A DNA stretch of 63,212 nt, filler included, from Octopus bimaculoides (lineage: Eukaryota): NCBI RefSeq assembly GCF_001194135.2. It is 7 parts of 6 records of this genome, joined end to end, with 100 filler letters (N's around TTAATTAATTAA, not from the genome) between each part and the next. Parts side by side here need not be neighbours in the genome. Positions count along the whole stretch, not along the records: positions 1 to 7,847 come from NC_068986.1; positions 7,948 to 22,279 come from NC_068982.1; 5 more parts are not named here. The stretch is one strand, 5' to 3'. A model generated the notes under the pieces. The model had not been told where the DNA came from and made no database searches. It saw only the letters and a list, made by a program, of their open reading frames with translations. The position numbers were made by a program, and so were the translations under genes. This document shows positions 1-10,873 of this stretch, piece by piece (the stretch's first letter is position 1; every line of letters begins with the position of its first letter).

Positions 1-33
<33 letters not shown>

Positions 34-374
34 CAGAGAGAGAAAGTGAGAAAGAGAGATAGACAGACAGACAGACAGACAGATACACATACATAATACA
101 TATATTTGTTAACGTGGTAATGATAGGTAGGATAAAAAGAGCACAAGGTTGTATATAGAATACACCTGAATTGACAGTTTGAGGGTCGGAAAACTGCATT
201 TACTGAGAATCAATCATACTTGAGTGTGAGTGCTTACTGTCTGAATATTTTTATGTTACTTGTTGGTGTCAATCACGCTTTACTTATGGGCTCCTTAGAT
301 TACTGTTTTATTCCGGTGGACCGCTATAGTCATTCCATGTTTTAAAACTAGTTTTGTAGATAATAAAATAAATA

Positions 375-625
375 AATGCGCCCTTTTAAAGCCTAGCCAG
401 ACTCATGGGCTCGGTTTCCCGGTTTCAATGGTATATGTGTTCTCCAGCTGGACGGGATGCCAGTCCATCGCAGCGTTACTCATTTTTACCAGCTGAGTGG
501 ACTGGAGCAACGTGAAATGAAGTGTTTTGCTCAAGAACACAACGCGTCGCCCAGTCCAGGAATCAAAACCACAATCTTAGAATCATGGTACTGACACCCT
601 AACCACTAAGTCACGCGTCTCCACA
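375..625 (-). mobile_element. tRNA-derived SINE (family S3, with conserved central domain)
   Basis: Minus strand reads a tRNA-like head (GTGACTTAGTGGTTAGGGTG ... GGTTTTGATTCC), then TGTGTTCTTGAGCAAAACACTT ... CTGCGATGGACTGGCATCCCGTCCAG. Related copies at ~5495-5800, ~12420-12735, ~53380-53535 and ~59487-59700. Confidence 0.8.
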
Positions 626-1372
626 GTGTTATAGATACTTCTTTCAAAATTCCTATTTTGTTTATCACACATTCCCTTGTGTAGGCTGAATTATGTAAAA
701 CATCAGAGAGAAACCAAGCTGTTTCTTGCAATAAATACAGTCAAAGCCAATTTTTTTCAATAGACCCATAAAATACTACTGTGGACCCAATTTACTATTT
801 TCCTTGTGTGGAACCCTAAAAATCTTATATGGTTCCCAAGGGGTGATGCAGACCCCAGTTTTGAATTAATGGGATAAAGTTTCAAAGTTTGTCTGAAGCT
901 TATAGCTTAGCTTTCCACCCTGTCACGTGTTGTGTGTAACACAAGGGAGCGGCAGGGTTTTACAGGAGTGATAATGCTGATGGTCAACGAGATATAACAG
1001 AGGTTTAAGGTAGTAGTGCCAGATATGATCGCTGATAACTGTCTCCTTTACTTGGGTATGCCAGAGGTTAATCAGTAATTGGTTAGGTCAGAGAGGTCAA
1101 TTTTCTGATGGACTGGGCACTGTGTCTCAATCACACACTCATACGCACAAACGCATGCACACACACATACGAATAGATAACTGAAATAAGAACTGGGTTC
1201 CATATAACAGACTAAACACTTGAAGGCGGAGCCCCAGCGCGTGCATTTTTGTGTGGGTATGGGTGGGTGTGTGTGTACGTATATGTATTTACATATGTAT
1301 GTATAGATATATACTTGTATACCTATACATATATAATACACACACACACACGCGCGCGCAAACACATGTATT

Positions 1373-1520
1373 GAGGTAGGTAGCTTGCTTACCAACCGCG
1401 TGGTTCCGGGTTCAGTCACACTGCGTGACACCTTGGGCAAGTGTCTTCTACTATAGCCTTGGGCCGACCAAAGCCTTGTGAGTAGATTTGGTAGACGGAA
1501 ACAGAAAAAAGCCCGTCGTA

Positions 1521-1556
<36 letters not shown>

Positions 1557-1793
1557 TATAGTTATTTGTAGGTATGTATGTATGTGCGTGTGTTTGTGTG
1601 TCTGTGTTTGTACCCCCACCATCGCTTGACAACCGATGTTGGTGTGTTTACATCTCCGTAACTTAGCGGTTCGGCAAATAGAATAAGTACTAGGCTTACA
1701 AAGAATGAGTCCTAGGGTTTATTTGTTCGACCAAAAGCGGTGTTCCAGCATGGTCGCAGTCAAATGACTGAAACAAATAAAAGAGTAAAAGAA
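1373..1793 (+). mobile_element. tRNA-derived SINE (family S1) with internal (TA)n/(TG)n microsatellite
   Basis: Head GGTTCCGGGTTCAGTC..CTGCGTG..ACCTTGGGCAAGTG, body TTTGGTAGACGGAAAC, microsatellite, then 3' part TAACTTAGCGGTTCGGCAAA...CAGCATGGTCGCAGTCAAATGACTGAAACAA. The same blocks recur at >=8 other places in the window. Confidence 0.85.
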
Positions 1794-2132
1794 TATAGTA
1801 ATACTTCACTTTACGAGGACCCGCTTTACGAGACCCTATGTTTACGAGTTTTATTTTCCAGCTTACTTTTGTATGGTGAGCTGAAATTATTCAAGCACAA
1901 GATCCCAGGTTTGAACGAAATGCAAAAGTTTCTGCTACCATAACACATGCTTCTTCATGCTATGGAGAGTGAAAAAAAGCTTCCCCTAAGCAAACAACTC
2001 TAGACCTGTTATTTAAAAAGAAATCTATAAGTCCGTCTACGGGTGCTTGTGAATCAACGATCGTGTCTTCAAGTGATAGTGTGTGCGAGTGAAAGCGATT
2101 CAGGAAACGATCATAATATTTTTTATTATAAA

Positions 2133-3510
2133 CTAGCAGAAATACCCGGCGTTGCCCGGGTTAAAGAGAATAATGAATTCTAAAAACGCCGTCTAGACTA
2201 CGCATCATCTTTATATATAGAGATGTATATACACACACGCACCCAAACACACGTATATATATGTATATCAATATAAATATATGAAAGTCAATGAAGTTTC
2301 GTAAAAGAAGGTGATCATGTACATACTTTCTTGCTGTTGTGATTATAACACCTCATTGTAAACTATGTTCCTTGTTTTCCCTTGTGGAGCATATACAAAT
2401 AGGTTTTTTGTTGCTGCCCAGTCTTGAGCAGCCAACATACAGTTGTCCATGTGAGAAGCAGGGCTCTTCCAAGAGAAGACCAGCTACNNNNNNNNNNNNN
2501 NNNNNNNNNNNNNNNNNNNNNNNNNNNNNNNNNNNNNNNNNNNNNNNNNNNNNNNNNNNNNNNNNNNNNNNNNNNNNNNNNNNNNNNNNNNNNNNNNNNN
2601 NNNNNNNNNNNNNNNNNNNNNNNNNNNNNNNNNNNNNNNNNNNNNNNNNNNNNNNNNNNNNNNNNNNNNNNNNNNNNNNNNNNNNNNNNNNNNNNNNNNN
2701 NNNNNNNNNNNNNNNNNNNNNNNNNNNNNNNNNNNNNNNNNNNNNNNNNNNNNNNNNNNNNNNNNNNNNNNNNNNNNNNNNNNNNNNNNNNNNNNNNNNN
2801 NNNNNNNNNNNNNNNNNNNNNNNNNNNNNNNNNNNNNNNNNNNNNNNNNNNNNNNNNNNNNNNNNNNNNNNNNNNNNNNNNNNNNNNNNNNNNNNNNNNN
2901 NNNNNNNNNNNNNNNNNNNNNNNNNNNNNNNNNNNNNNNNNNNNNNNNNNNNNNNNNNNNNNNNNNNNNNNNNNNNNNNNNNNNNNNNNNNNNNNNNNNN
3001 NNNNNNNNNNNNNNNNNNNNNNNNNNNNNNNNNNNNNNNNNNNNNNNNNNNNNNNNNNNNNNNNNNNNNNNNNNNNNNNNNNNNNNNNNNNNNNNNNNNN
3101 NNNNNNNNNNNNNNNNNNNNNNNNNNNNNNNNNNNNNNNNNNNNNNNNNNNNNNNNNNNNNNNNNNNNNNNNNNNNNNNNNNNNNNNNNNNNNNNNNNNN
3201 NNNNNNNNNNNNNGTATATGTATACATATACATCTCTCTGTCTCTCTCTTTCTGTCTCTCTCTTTCTCTCTTTCTCTCTCTGTGAAAGTATCTGTCACTA
3301 CAGTATCGAAATGTGATTGTTTCAGTTAGTGGAATAGTTTCATTTTTAAAGTGAAAGTATTTGACATGAGTGTTTTTGTTTCAATTTTGACACGTAATAC
3401 TTAAATAATGGAGGAGATATTATGTTGCCGTGTGCTCGAACTCTGCAAGTAAGGCATGTGTAAAATTTGAATGAAATTGGTTGCGTAGTTCTCGAGTTTT
3501 AGGGATTCAC

Positions 3511-3557
<47 letters not shown>

Positions 3558-3583
3558 CACATTCTCATTTTTATATATATAGA
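2133..3583 (-). mobile_element. Non-autonomous Helitron with both termini
   Basis: Minus strand starts A|TCTATATATATAAAAATGAG and ends with hairpin CCCGG-GCAACG-CCGGG followed by ...CTAG|T, giving an A/T target with no TSD. It carries a (TCTG)n tract and a RepHel C-terminal fragment. A 746-N gap lies inside. Confidence 0.85.
2347..2487 (-). pseudogene. Helitron RepHel (PIF1-type helicase) C-terminal fragment
   Basis: Translates VAGLLLEEPCFSHGQLYVGCSRLGSNK, then after a +1 frameshift in an A6 run NLFVYAPQGKTRNIVYNEVL*. FSHGQLYVxxSR is helicase motif VI of PIF1/Helitron helicases. Confidence 0.9.
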
Positions 3584-3811
3584 TAGATGATGTTGACATT
3601 CTTTTTACTTCACATAAAATATTTCTTACATTCTACTGTTGTTTTATTGTCATTTATTTACGAGTATTATAAAATTCTTTTTTTTAATTGTATTTCTGAG
3701 AACGAATTACGATTTCTGACATTGCTATTATAGGAAATTATTGCTCTGCTCTACGAGTTTTCGCTTTACGAGCGGTCTCCCGGAACAAATTAACTCATAT
3801 ATCGAGGCATT

Positions 3812-3995
3812 CTTTCTTTTCTTTTATTCTTTTACTTGCTTCAGGAAATTGACCGCAGCCATGCTGGAGCACCGCCTTAAAGGGTTTTAGTCGAATGCAT
3901 CGTCTCCAGGACTTTTTTAAAGCCTAGTGCTCACCGCTAAGTTACAAGGACATAAACACAACAACACCCGTTGTCAAGCGGTCATAGGGGACAGA
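3812..3995 (-). mobile_element. SINE S1 3' part
   Basis: Reverse complement of the 3' block seen at 1620-1793. Confidence 0.75.
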
Positions 3996-4351
3996 CACAG
4001 ACACGATACACACACATAGATATATACATATGACATACATATACAATAATCCTTTGAGATCTCAGATATTTTTTCTGAATCTCCCGGATTCTTTTAATGT
4101 GCTTGTTACCTGGTATTAAATTGATATTGATTACTATCCATTTTTTTACCCTATTGTTTAATTTTATATATATAGTACATACACGCGCGCGCACAAATAA
4201 CTTACACACACACACACACGCACACACATACACACACACACACACACACACNNNNNNNNNNNNNNNNNNNNNNNNNNNNNNNNNNNNNNNNNNNNNNNNN
4301 NNNNNNNNNNNNNNNNNNNNNNNNNNNNNNNNNNNNNNNNNNNNNNNNNNN

Positions 4352-4397
<46 letters not shown>

Positions 4398-4419
4398 TAC
4401 TAATATATATGCAGGTATG

Positions 4420-5030
4420 ACTACAGTCTTTTTAAGACTAATTGTAAGTCCAAACACATTTACATCGGCTGCAAAGCAGTCCATCAGTCACTGCAAGACT
4501 TCCTCAGCGTGTATTATGTGATCGCAATTATCAGCGTAAAACAAGTGTTGTAGGATGGGCTGGCGCAAGGAAAGCGTTGTCAGTGTAAGGTACGCAGGCG
4601 TTTCAAAAGACAATCTCAAAGACACTTCAGAAGATCAATGAGAATGCTAACATTTAGGATGATCTTGCATGAGATTGGGAGCTGTCGATGGATTTGATTG
4701 CTACTGTCGTTAAAGAATTCGAAACAACAGGCTTGCATTCACGTGGAAGTAAATATTTGGGAAATGTAAACCTTCTTCACGAGAAAAGTATGAGAGAAGC
4801 TCTTTCGCGTGACCTGTTTGATCGTGTCTGCTTCTCAAAGGCAGGCTCGGCCACAAGTTTGGTTATCAATGGGCCTTCGTATACCTTGTGTAGCAGAGGG
4901 TGTGGATCCCAACATTCAGATGGTCGGGCTGCTGCGGGTTGGGGGCATGAATTGTGGTCGGTGTGGAATGACATGTAATTTTCAGGCAGGCCCTAGGAGC
5001 TATATGAGACGTCATTAGCGATGTGGAGAC
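4420..5030 (-). pseudogene. Degenerate RTE-clade LINE reverse-transcriptase fragment
   Basis: Minus-strand translation ILQHLFYADNCDHIIHAEEVLQ*LMDCFAADVNVFGLTISLKKTVVI matches the RTE RT YADD region. Upstream similarity is weak and frameshifted. Confidence 0.75.
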
Positions 5031-5268
5031 AAAATATAAAAGTTTTTTATAATGTATGGATCTAAGAAGCGATCTTACTCGTTGACATGTCGACTTCCAC
5101 CGTATGTGTGTGTATGTGTGTAAGTAATATGTATGTATGTATGTATGTATGCGTGTATGTATGTACAAGATTATCCCGAGTCATGTCTAAATTCTTTTGG
5201 GTTAGTCTTGTTCCTAGGTTAGGAACCGGTTTTTTTTCCATTGGTGTTTCGAAAAATATAACCATATA

Positions 5269-5478
5269 CAGGGTGTCCACAAAGTCTGAGTACATGGAGT
5301 AAATAAAATTGTAACATAAACAATTAAATATAAGAAATAATAATTTCTTAAAGTATGTGTTAATCCCCATGTACCCAGACTGTAAATAAAATCATAACAT
5401 AAACAATTGAATATAAGAAATAATAATGTCTTAAAGTATGTATTAATCCTAATGTACCCAGACTTTGTGGACACCCTG
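5269..5478. mobile_element. Tc1/mariner-type MITE (CAGGGTG termini, TA TSD)
   Basis: TA|CAGGGTGTCCACAAAGTCTGAGTACAT ... ATGTACCCAGACTTTGTGGACACCCTG|TA, ~27-bp TIRs. Internal ~82-bp tandem duplication (~5300-5381 / ~5382-5464). Confidence 0.9.
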
Positions 5479-5494
5479 TATATACATGTATATA

Positions 5495-5800
5495 TAGACC
5501 GCTTTCGGTCATGAAAGACCGTGGGATTACACCTAGAAATTTCCTCTCCGAGGCACAACTCTGGACAAGGTTGTTTATGGAAGACCAACAGCCACCCATG
5601 CATACCAGCCTCCTCTGTCCACGCCACCGAAGTTATCCAAGGAAAAGGCAAAGGCTGATACAGCTTGGAACTGAGGGAACTGGAACAACATGAAATAAAG
5701 TATCTTTCTCGAGAACATAACACACAGACCGGTCCAGGAATCGAACTCACTACCTCATGATTGTGGGTCCGACACTCTAACCACTGAACCATGCATCTCA
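5495..5800 (-). mobile_element. tRNA-derived SINE (S3-type head, different 3' tail)
   Basis: Minus strand: GGTTCAGTGGTTAGAGTG...GAGTTCGATTCCTGGACCGG head, then TGTGTTATGTTCTCGAGAAAGATACTT. Confidence 0.7.
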
Positions 5801-6213
5801 CGTACAAGTATATATATNNNNNNNNNNNNNNNNNNNNNNNNNNNNNNNNNNNNNNNNNNNNNNNNNNNNNNNNNNNNNNNNNNNNNNNNNNNNNNNNNNN
5901 NNNNNNNNNNNNNNNNNNNNNNNNNNNNNNNNNNNNNNNNNNNNNNNNNNNNNNNNNNNNNNNNNNNNNNNNNNNNNNNNNNNNNNNNNNNNNNNNNNNN
6001 NNNNNNNNNNNNNNNNNNNNNNNNNNNNNNNNNNNNNNNNNNNNNNNNNNNNNNNNNNNNNNNNNNNNNNNNNNNNNNNNNNNNNNNNNNNNNNNNNNNN
6101 NNNNNNNNNNNNNTATATATATATATATATATATATATATGCGTAAATGTGAGCGTGCGTGCATGTATTTGATATCTACTGACTATAAGCAATGTAACCC
6201 ATGTAATATATTA

Positions 6214-6425
6214 GTTTCAAATTTTGGCACAAGGCCAGCAATTTTGGGGAAGGGAGCTAAGTAGATTACATCGGCCCTAGTGTTCAACTGGTATTTATTT
6301 TATCGACTCCGAAATGATGAAGAGCAAATCTGGCCTCGACGGAATTTGAACTCGGAACGTAATGACGGACGCAACGTCGCTAAGCATTCTGCAGAGCGTG
6401 CTAAGGATTCTGCTATCCCACCGAC
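6214..6425 (-). mobile_element. tRNA-derived SINE (family S2)
   Basis: Minus strand: GCAGAATCCTTAGCACGC...GAGTTCAAATTCCGTCGAGG...GGAGTCGATAAAATAAATACCAGTTGAACACTAGG. At least 12 copies in the window. Confidence 0.8.
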
Positions 6426-6556
6426 TTTAGTCTATCTAATTTTTAGAATGTAAGCGACATTGTGAAGCATATTATAAAATGTTATTTCTATCGTATATAT
6501 ATATATATATTATATAGGTTGTATATGCGCTGTATATAAAGTTATTAAAAAGGTGT

Positions 6557-6597
<41 letters not shown>

Positions 6598-7054
6598 TAC
6601 AGAATGGGACAAGAACGCAAAACATCCAGAGAGTTAAGTGATACAAGAAAGGGACAAAACATCCAGATAGAGGATACAAAGAAGACATGGACAGGTCATT
6701 CAGAGTTTTCTTTCCTCAGTCGAGATCAAGATTATCCTTGCAATTTCGGCTGGTTATTCTCGATAATGCTCCAATCTGGTCAGCCCCAAGGAAAAACTAA
6801 ACTAAGAGCATTAGATTCCTTGGAAGAAAGCAGCGAGTGTATACAAAAACAAGAACGGAAATAAACGAACAATGTTACCCAAATACAGTAGGAATAATAA
6901 AAGGGCATAACAACAGATGCCTTTCGACTAAGGACGAATATTATATATATATACCAGAGTAAGCACATAAATGCAAAACAAGGTGGAAAAAATAGTACTT
7001 GAATGCTAGAAGTAGAGTAATATGCTTTATTAAAACGTAGCAAAAATATCACAA

Positions 7055-7097
7055 AAACTGTTACCCAGAGTTTTACGTTCCGTTCGTCAGACAGTTT
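7055..7097 (-). ncRNA. Minimal type-I hammerhead ribozyme-like motif (decayed; G12 of GAAA changed to A)
   Basis: AAACUGU-CUGACGA-ACG/GAA/CGU-AAAA-CUCUGGG-UA-ACAGUUU. Perfect 7-bp stem I, 3-bp stem II, GUA cleavage triplet. Confidence 0.55.
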
Positions 7098-7115
7098 AGT
7101 TTAGAATTCTAAACA

Positions 7116-7159
7116 AAATAGTCCGACGAAGGGGAACGTGAAACTCTGAGTAACAGTTT
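7116..7159 (+). ncRNA. Minimal type-I hammerhead ribozyme-like motif (decayed; CCGACGA core)
   Basis: AAAUAGU-CCGACGA-AGG/GGAA/CGU-GAAA-CUC U GAG-UA-ACAGUUU. GAAA and the ACUC-U-GAGU stem III are intact. U4 reads C and stems I/II have mismatches. Confidence 0.5.
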
Positions 7160-7191
7160 TTGTGATATTTTTACTGCTTGTTAATAAAGTG

Positions 7192-7221
<30 letters not shown>

Positions 7222-7222
<1 letters not shown>

Positions 7223-7380
7223 GGTGCTGGTGTGACGGTGTTGTACGAAGCTTGCTTCTCAACCACATGTTTCTAAGGTTCAGTCCAAATGCATGGCACC
7301 TTCAGTTATTATATTCTACTATATCCTCGCCCAAAGCCTTGTATGTGGACTTGGTTAACTGAAGCTAAAAGAAGCCCTTC
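7222..7380 (+). mobile_element. SINE S1 5' part
   Basis: Similar to 1373-1520. Confidence 0.7.
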
Positions 7381-7523
7381 ACGCGCGCGCGCGCGCGTGT
7401 TTGTGTAAACCCGGCATGTTTAACTGTATGCAATTTTCAGAAGGTTAAATGGAACCACCAGTTACACTGTTTTTGTAGGCCCGTCATAATGATTCGCTTG
7501 TTGCCGCACGTGAGCTACCTACC

Positions 7524-7555
<32 letters not shown>

Positions 7556-7569
7556 AAACATAGATACAC

Positions 7570-7604
<35 letters not shown>

Positions 7605-7705
7605 TATATTTATATATATATATATATATATACATATCCATACATATATGTATATACATGTATATATATGTATGTATATATGTATATATATATGTATATG
7701 TATGC

Positions 7706-7745
<40 letters not shown>

Positions 7746-7815
7746 CATATAATTATACACATATATATATATATATATACACACACATATGTGTATACAT
7801 ACATTTATATACATG

Positions 7816-7847
<32 letters not shown>

Positions 7848-7947
7848 NNNNNNNNNNNNNNNNNNNNNNNNNNNNNNNNNNNNNNNNNNNNTTAATTAAT
7901 TAANNNNNNNNNNNNNNNNNNNNNNNNNNNNNNNNNNNNNNNNNNNN
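7848..7947. other. Artificial scaffold-joining spacer (44N-TTAATTAATTAA-44N)
   Basis: Exactly 100 bp. Identical spacers at 22280, 28584, 37917, 51108 and 60262. Confidence 0.95.
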
Positions 7948-7954
7948 ATATAGT

Positions 7955-7999
<45 letters not shown>

Positions 8000-9773
8000 C
8001 GATAGATAGATAGATAGATTGATTGATTGATTGATTGATTGATATTTAGGCAACCTTATTTAAATCCAGTGCTATCATGTTTTTATGAGAGCCTTCTATA
8101 GTTATTTTCCCTGTCACATTGTTAGAAACTAGGTAGCCTTCGTTACATAGCTATAAAAGACGTGTACACAGAGGTAACATCCTCTTTCTCTCACACACTG
8201 CCTGCAGCTAGCCACGGTTTCTCCATATCTGCTCCTGCTACAACACGACTTCTCGTTGATTGAATTTTCTTAAATCCTCTTTCACCAGAGACGGCAGGAC
8301 GAAAACATTTCCTTATTCAAATTCCATTCTGTTCTATTGAAGGTTACTGTTCAAGCCGTGTAAATGCCCTCATCCCGGATCGGAATAAATGTACACGAAG
8401 TCTTCATATATCTCACACGAGTTGTTGTTGTTCCTCATTAGATTGATTCTAACAGCGATCGAAGAATGACCGAACAATATATTAAATTAGTGGGTTAAAA
8501 CCTGCTACAGATATATATATATATANNNNNNNNNNNNNNNNNNNNNNNNNNNNNNNNNNNNNNNNNNNNNNNNNNNNNNNNNNNNNNNNNNNNNNNNNNN
8601 NNNNNNNNNNNNNNNNNNNNNNNNNNNNNNNNNNNNNNNNNNNNNNNNNNNNNNNNNNNNNNNNNNNNNNNNNNNNNNNNNNNNNNNNNNNNNNNNNNNN
8701 NNNNNNNNNNNNNNNNNNNNNNNNNNNNNNNNNNNNNNNNNNNNNNNNNNNNNNNNNNNNNNNNNNNNNNNNNNNNNNNNNNNNNNNNNNNNNNNNNNNN
8801 NNNNNNNNNNNNNNNNNNNNNNNNNNNNNNNNNNNNNNNNNNNNNNNNNNNNNNNNNNNNNNNNNNNNNNNNNNNNNNNNNNNNNNNNNNNNNNNNNNNN
8901 NNNNNNNNNNNNNNNNNNNNNNNNNNNNNNNNNNNNNNNNNNNNNNNNNNNNNNNNNNNNNNNNNNNNNNNNNNNNNNNNNNNNNNNNNNNNNNNNNNNN
9001 NNNNNNNNNNNNNNNNNNNNNNNNNNNNNNNNNNNNNNNNNNNNNNNNNNNNNNNNNNNNNNNNNNNNNNNNNNNNNNNNNNNNNNNNNNNNNNNNNNNN
9101 NNNNNNNNNNNNNNNNNNNNNNNNNNNNNNNNNNNNNNNNNNNNNNNNNNNNNNNNNNNNNNNNNNNNNNNNNNNNNNNNNNNNNNNNNNNNNNNNNNNN
9201 NNNNNNNNNNNNNNTATATATATATATATATATACATAGTGTGTGTGTGTGTGTGTGTGTGTGTTTATTCTAACTGCCAGCTGAATTAGTTATCAGTTTG
9301 TGTATATTTTAATATCGGTATTCGTACTTCCTAGGATAACTTTAGTGAATATCCTTGCATTTATATTAAAGGAATTTATATACAACACAGAGCGAGACAT
9401 GAGAGAGAATTAGACGAAAAAGTAGATAGAATGATACACACGCAGATCAATTGTTGTAATTTGAATGGCGTTTCAGTGTCGGTGAAGCACAGTAGATATT
9501 GTGTAATACATTGTGCTTGTATGAGAGATTGAGTGGTTAGGATGGAGGCGTGAACATCATCTTCAATGTCTGTAATAGATGTTTTACTATGAACTATTGT
9601 CTGTAGAAGCCATAAGAAAATTACCATTGATTGTCCTTCATATATATGAACTCATTTCCTTTTGATTATGCCGTGTTACTTTTGTTCCTTACGTCGCATT
9701 TTATGTCGTCCTCTTACTATTGTTGATAATCTTGATGTTGAAAGATTTTTTCATTCTTGTAAATTCTCACCAC

Positions 9774-9845
<72 letters not shown>

Positions 9846-10828
9846 NNNNNNNNNNNNNNNNNNNNNNNNNNNNNNNNNNNNNNNNNNNNNNNNNNNNNNN
9901 NNNNNNNNNNNNNNNNNNNNNNNNNNNNNNNNNNNNNNNNNNNNNNNNNNNNNNNNNNNNNNNNNNNNNNNNNNNNNNNNNNNNNNNNNNNNNNNNNNNN
10001 NNNNNNNNNNNNNNNNNNNNNNNNNNNNNNNNNNNNNNNNNNNNNNNNNNNNNNNNNNNNNNNNNNNNNNNNNNNNNNNNNNNNNNNNNNNNNNNNNNNN
10101 NNNNNNNNNNNNNNNNNNNNNNNNNNNNNNNNNNNNNNNNNNNNNNNNNNNNNNNNNNNNNNNNNNNNNNNNNNNNNNNNNNNNNNNNNNNNNNNNNNNN
10201 NNNNNNNNNNNNNNNNNNNNNNNNNNNNNNNNNNNNNNNNNNNNNNNNNNNNNNNNNNNNNNNNNNNNNNNNNNNNNNNNNNNNNNNNNNNNNNNNNNNN
10301 NNNNNNNNNNNNNNNNNNNNNNNNNNNNNNNNNNNNNNNNNNNNNNNNNNNNNNNNNNNNNNNNNNNNNNNNNNNNNNNNNNNGTATATATACATACATA
10401 TATACATATGCATACACACAAATGGTGATATATCTATATATACATATAATACATAATACATAGATTTTACATATAAACACATAATACATATGATTTTTTC
10501 ACTCTTGTAAATTCTAACCACAATTCTCTCTCTCTCTCTCTTTCTCTCTTTCTCTATATGTCTATCTATCTATCTATCTGTCTCCCTCCCAATCTCTCTC
10601 ACCCTCTACCTCTCTCTCTCACTCTCCTTCACTTTCTCTGTTATTCGCTCTCTCTCTCTCTTTCTCTCTTGTAACATAAGAAACACACACACATGCTCAC
10701 GTAAACACATATAATATCTATTTACATGCATATATATCCCTGTGTGTATATATATTCACATATCTATACATATACATACAGACATATGTAGTTATATATA
10801 CATATATATACATATAAATATATAATAC

Positions 10829-10873
<45 letters not shown>

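Larger units (their letters stand above)
1796..3811. mobile_element. Tigger/pogo-like non-autonomous DNA transposon (MITE) interrupted by a Helitron
   Basis: Left end TA|TAGTAATACTTCACTTTACGAG. The right end CTCATATATCGAGGCATT (3794-3811) is its decayed, truncated reverse complement. Subterminal TTTACGAG repeats occur at both ends. Confidence 0.55.
7021..7194. repeat. ~175-bp near-perfect palindrome, probably Penelope-LTR-derived
   Basis: Arms are imperfect reverse complements around a perfect central 16-mer GTTTAGAATTCTAAAC (7099-7114), with no spacer. Confidence 0.9.

Noticed and set aside
160-230. Hammerhead-like CTGAATTGA...GGAAA near 165-195
   Set aside because: Core has an insertion and stem II pairs poorly; cannot be supported from this copy.
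6700-6770. GAAA...CTGAGGA permuted hammerhead on the minus strand
   Set aside because: No NUH triplet or stems could be assigned.
8100-8500. Cys-rich minus-strand peptide and GGG|TTAA suggesting piggyBac
   Set aside because: Cys spacing is not convincing, there are many stops, and no matching second terminus.
9751-10540. Same ~40-bp sequence before (CT)n on both sides of a gap
   Set aside because: Likely haplotype or overlap artefact around a microsatellite gap.
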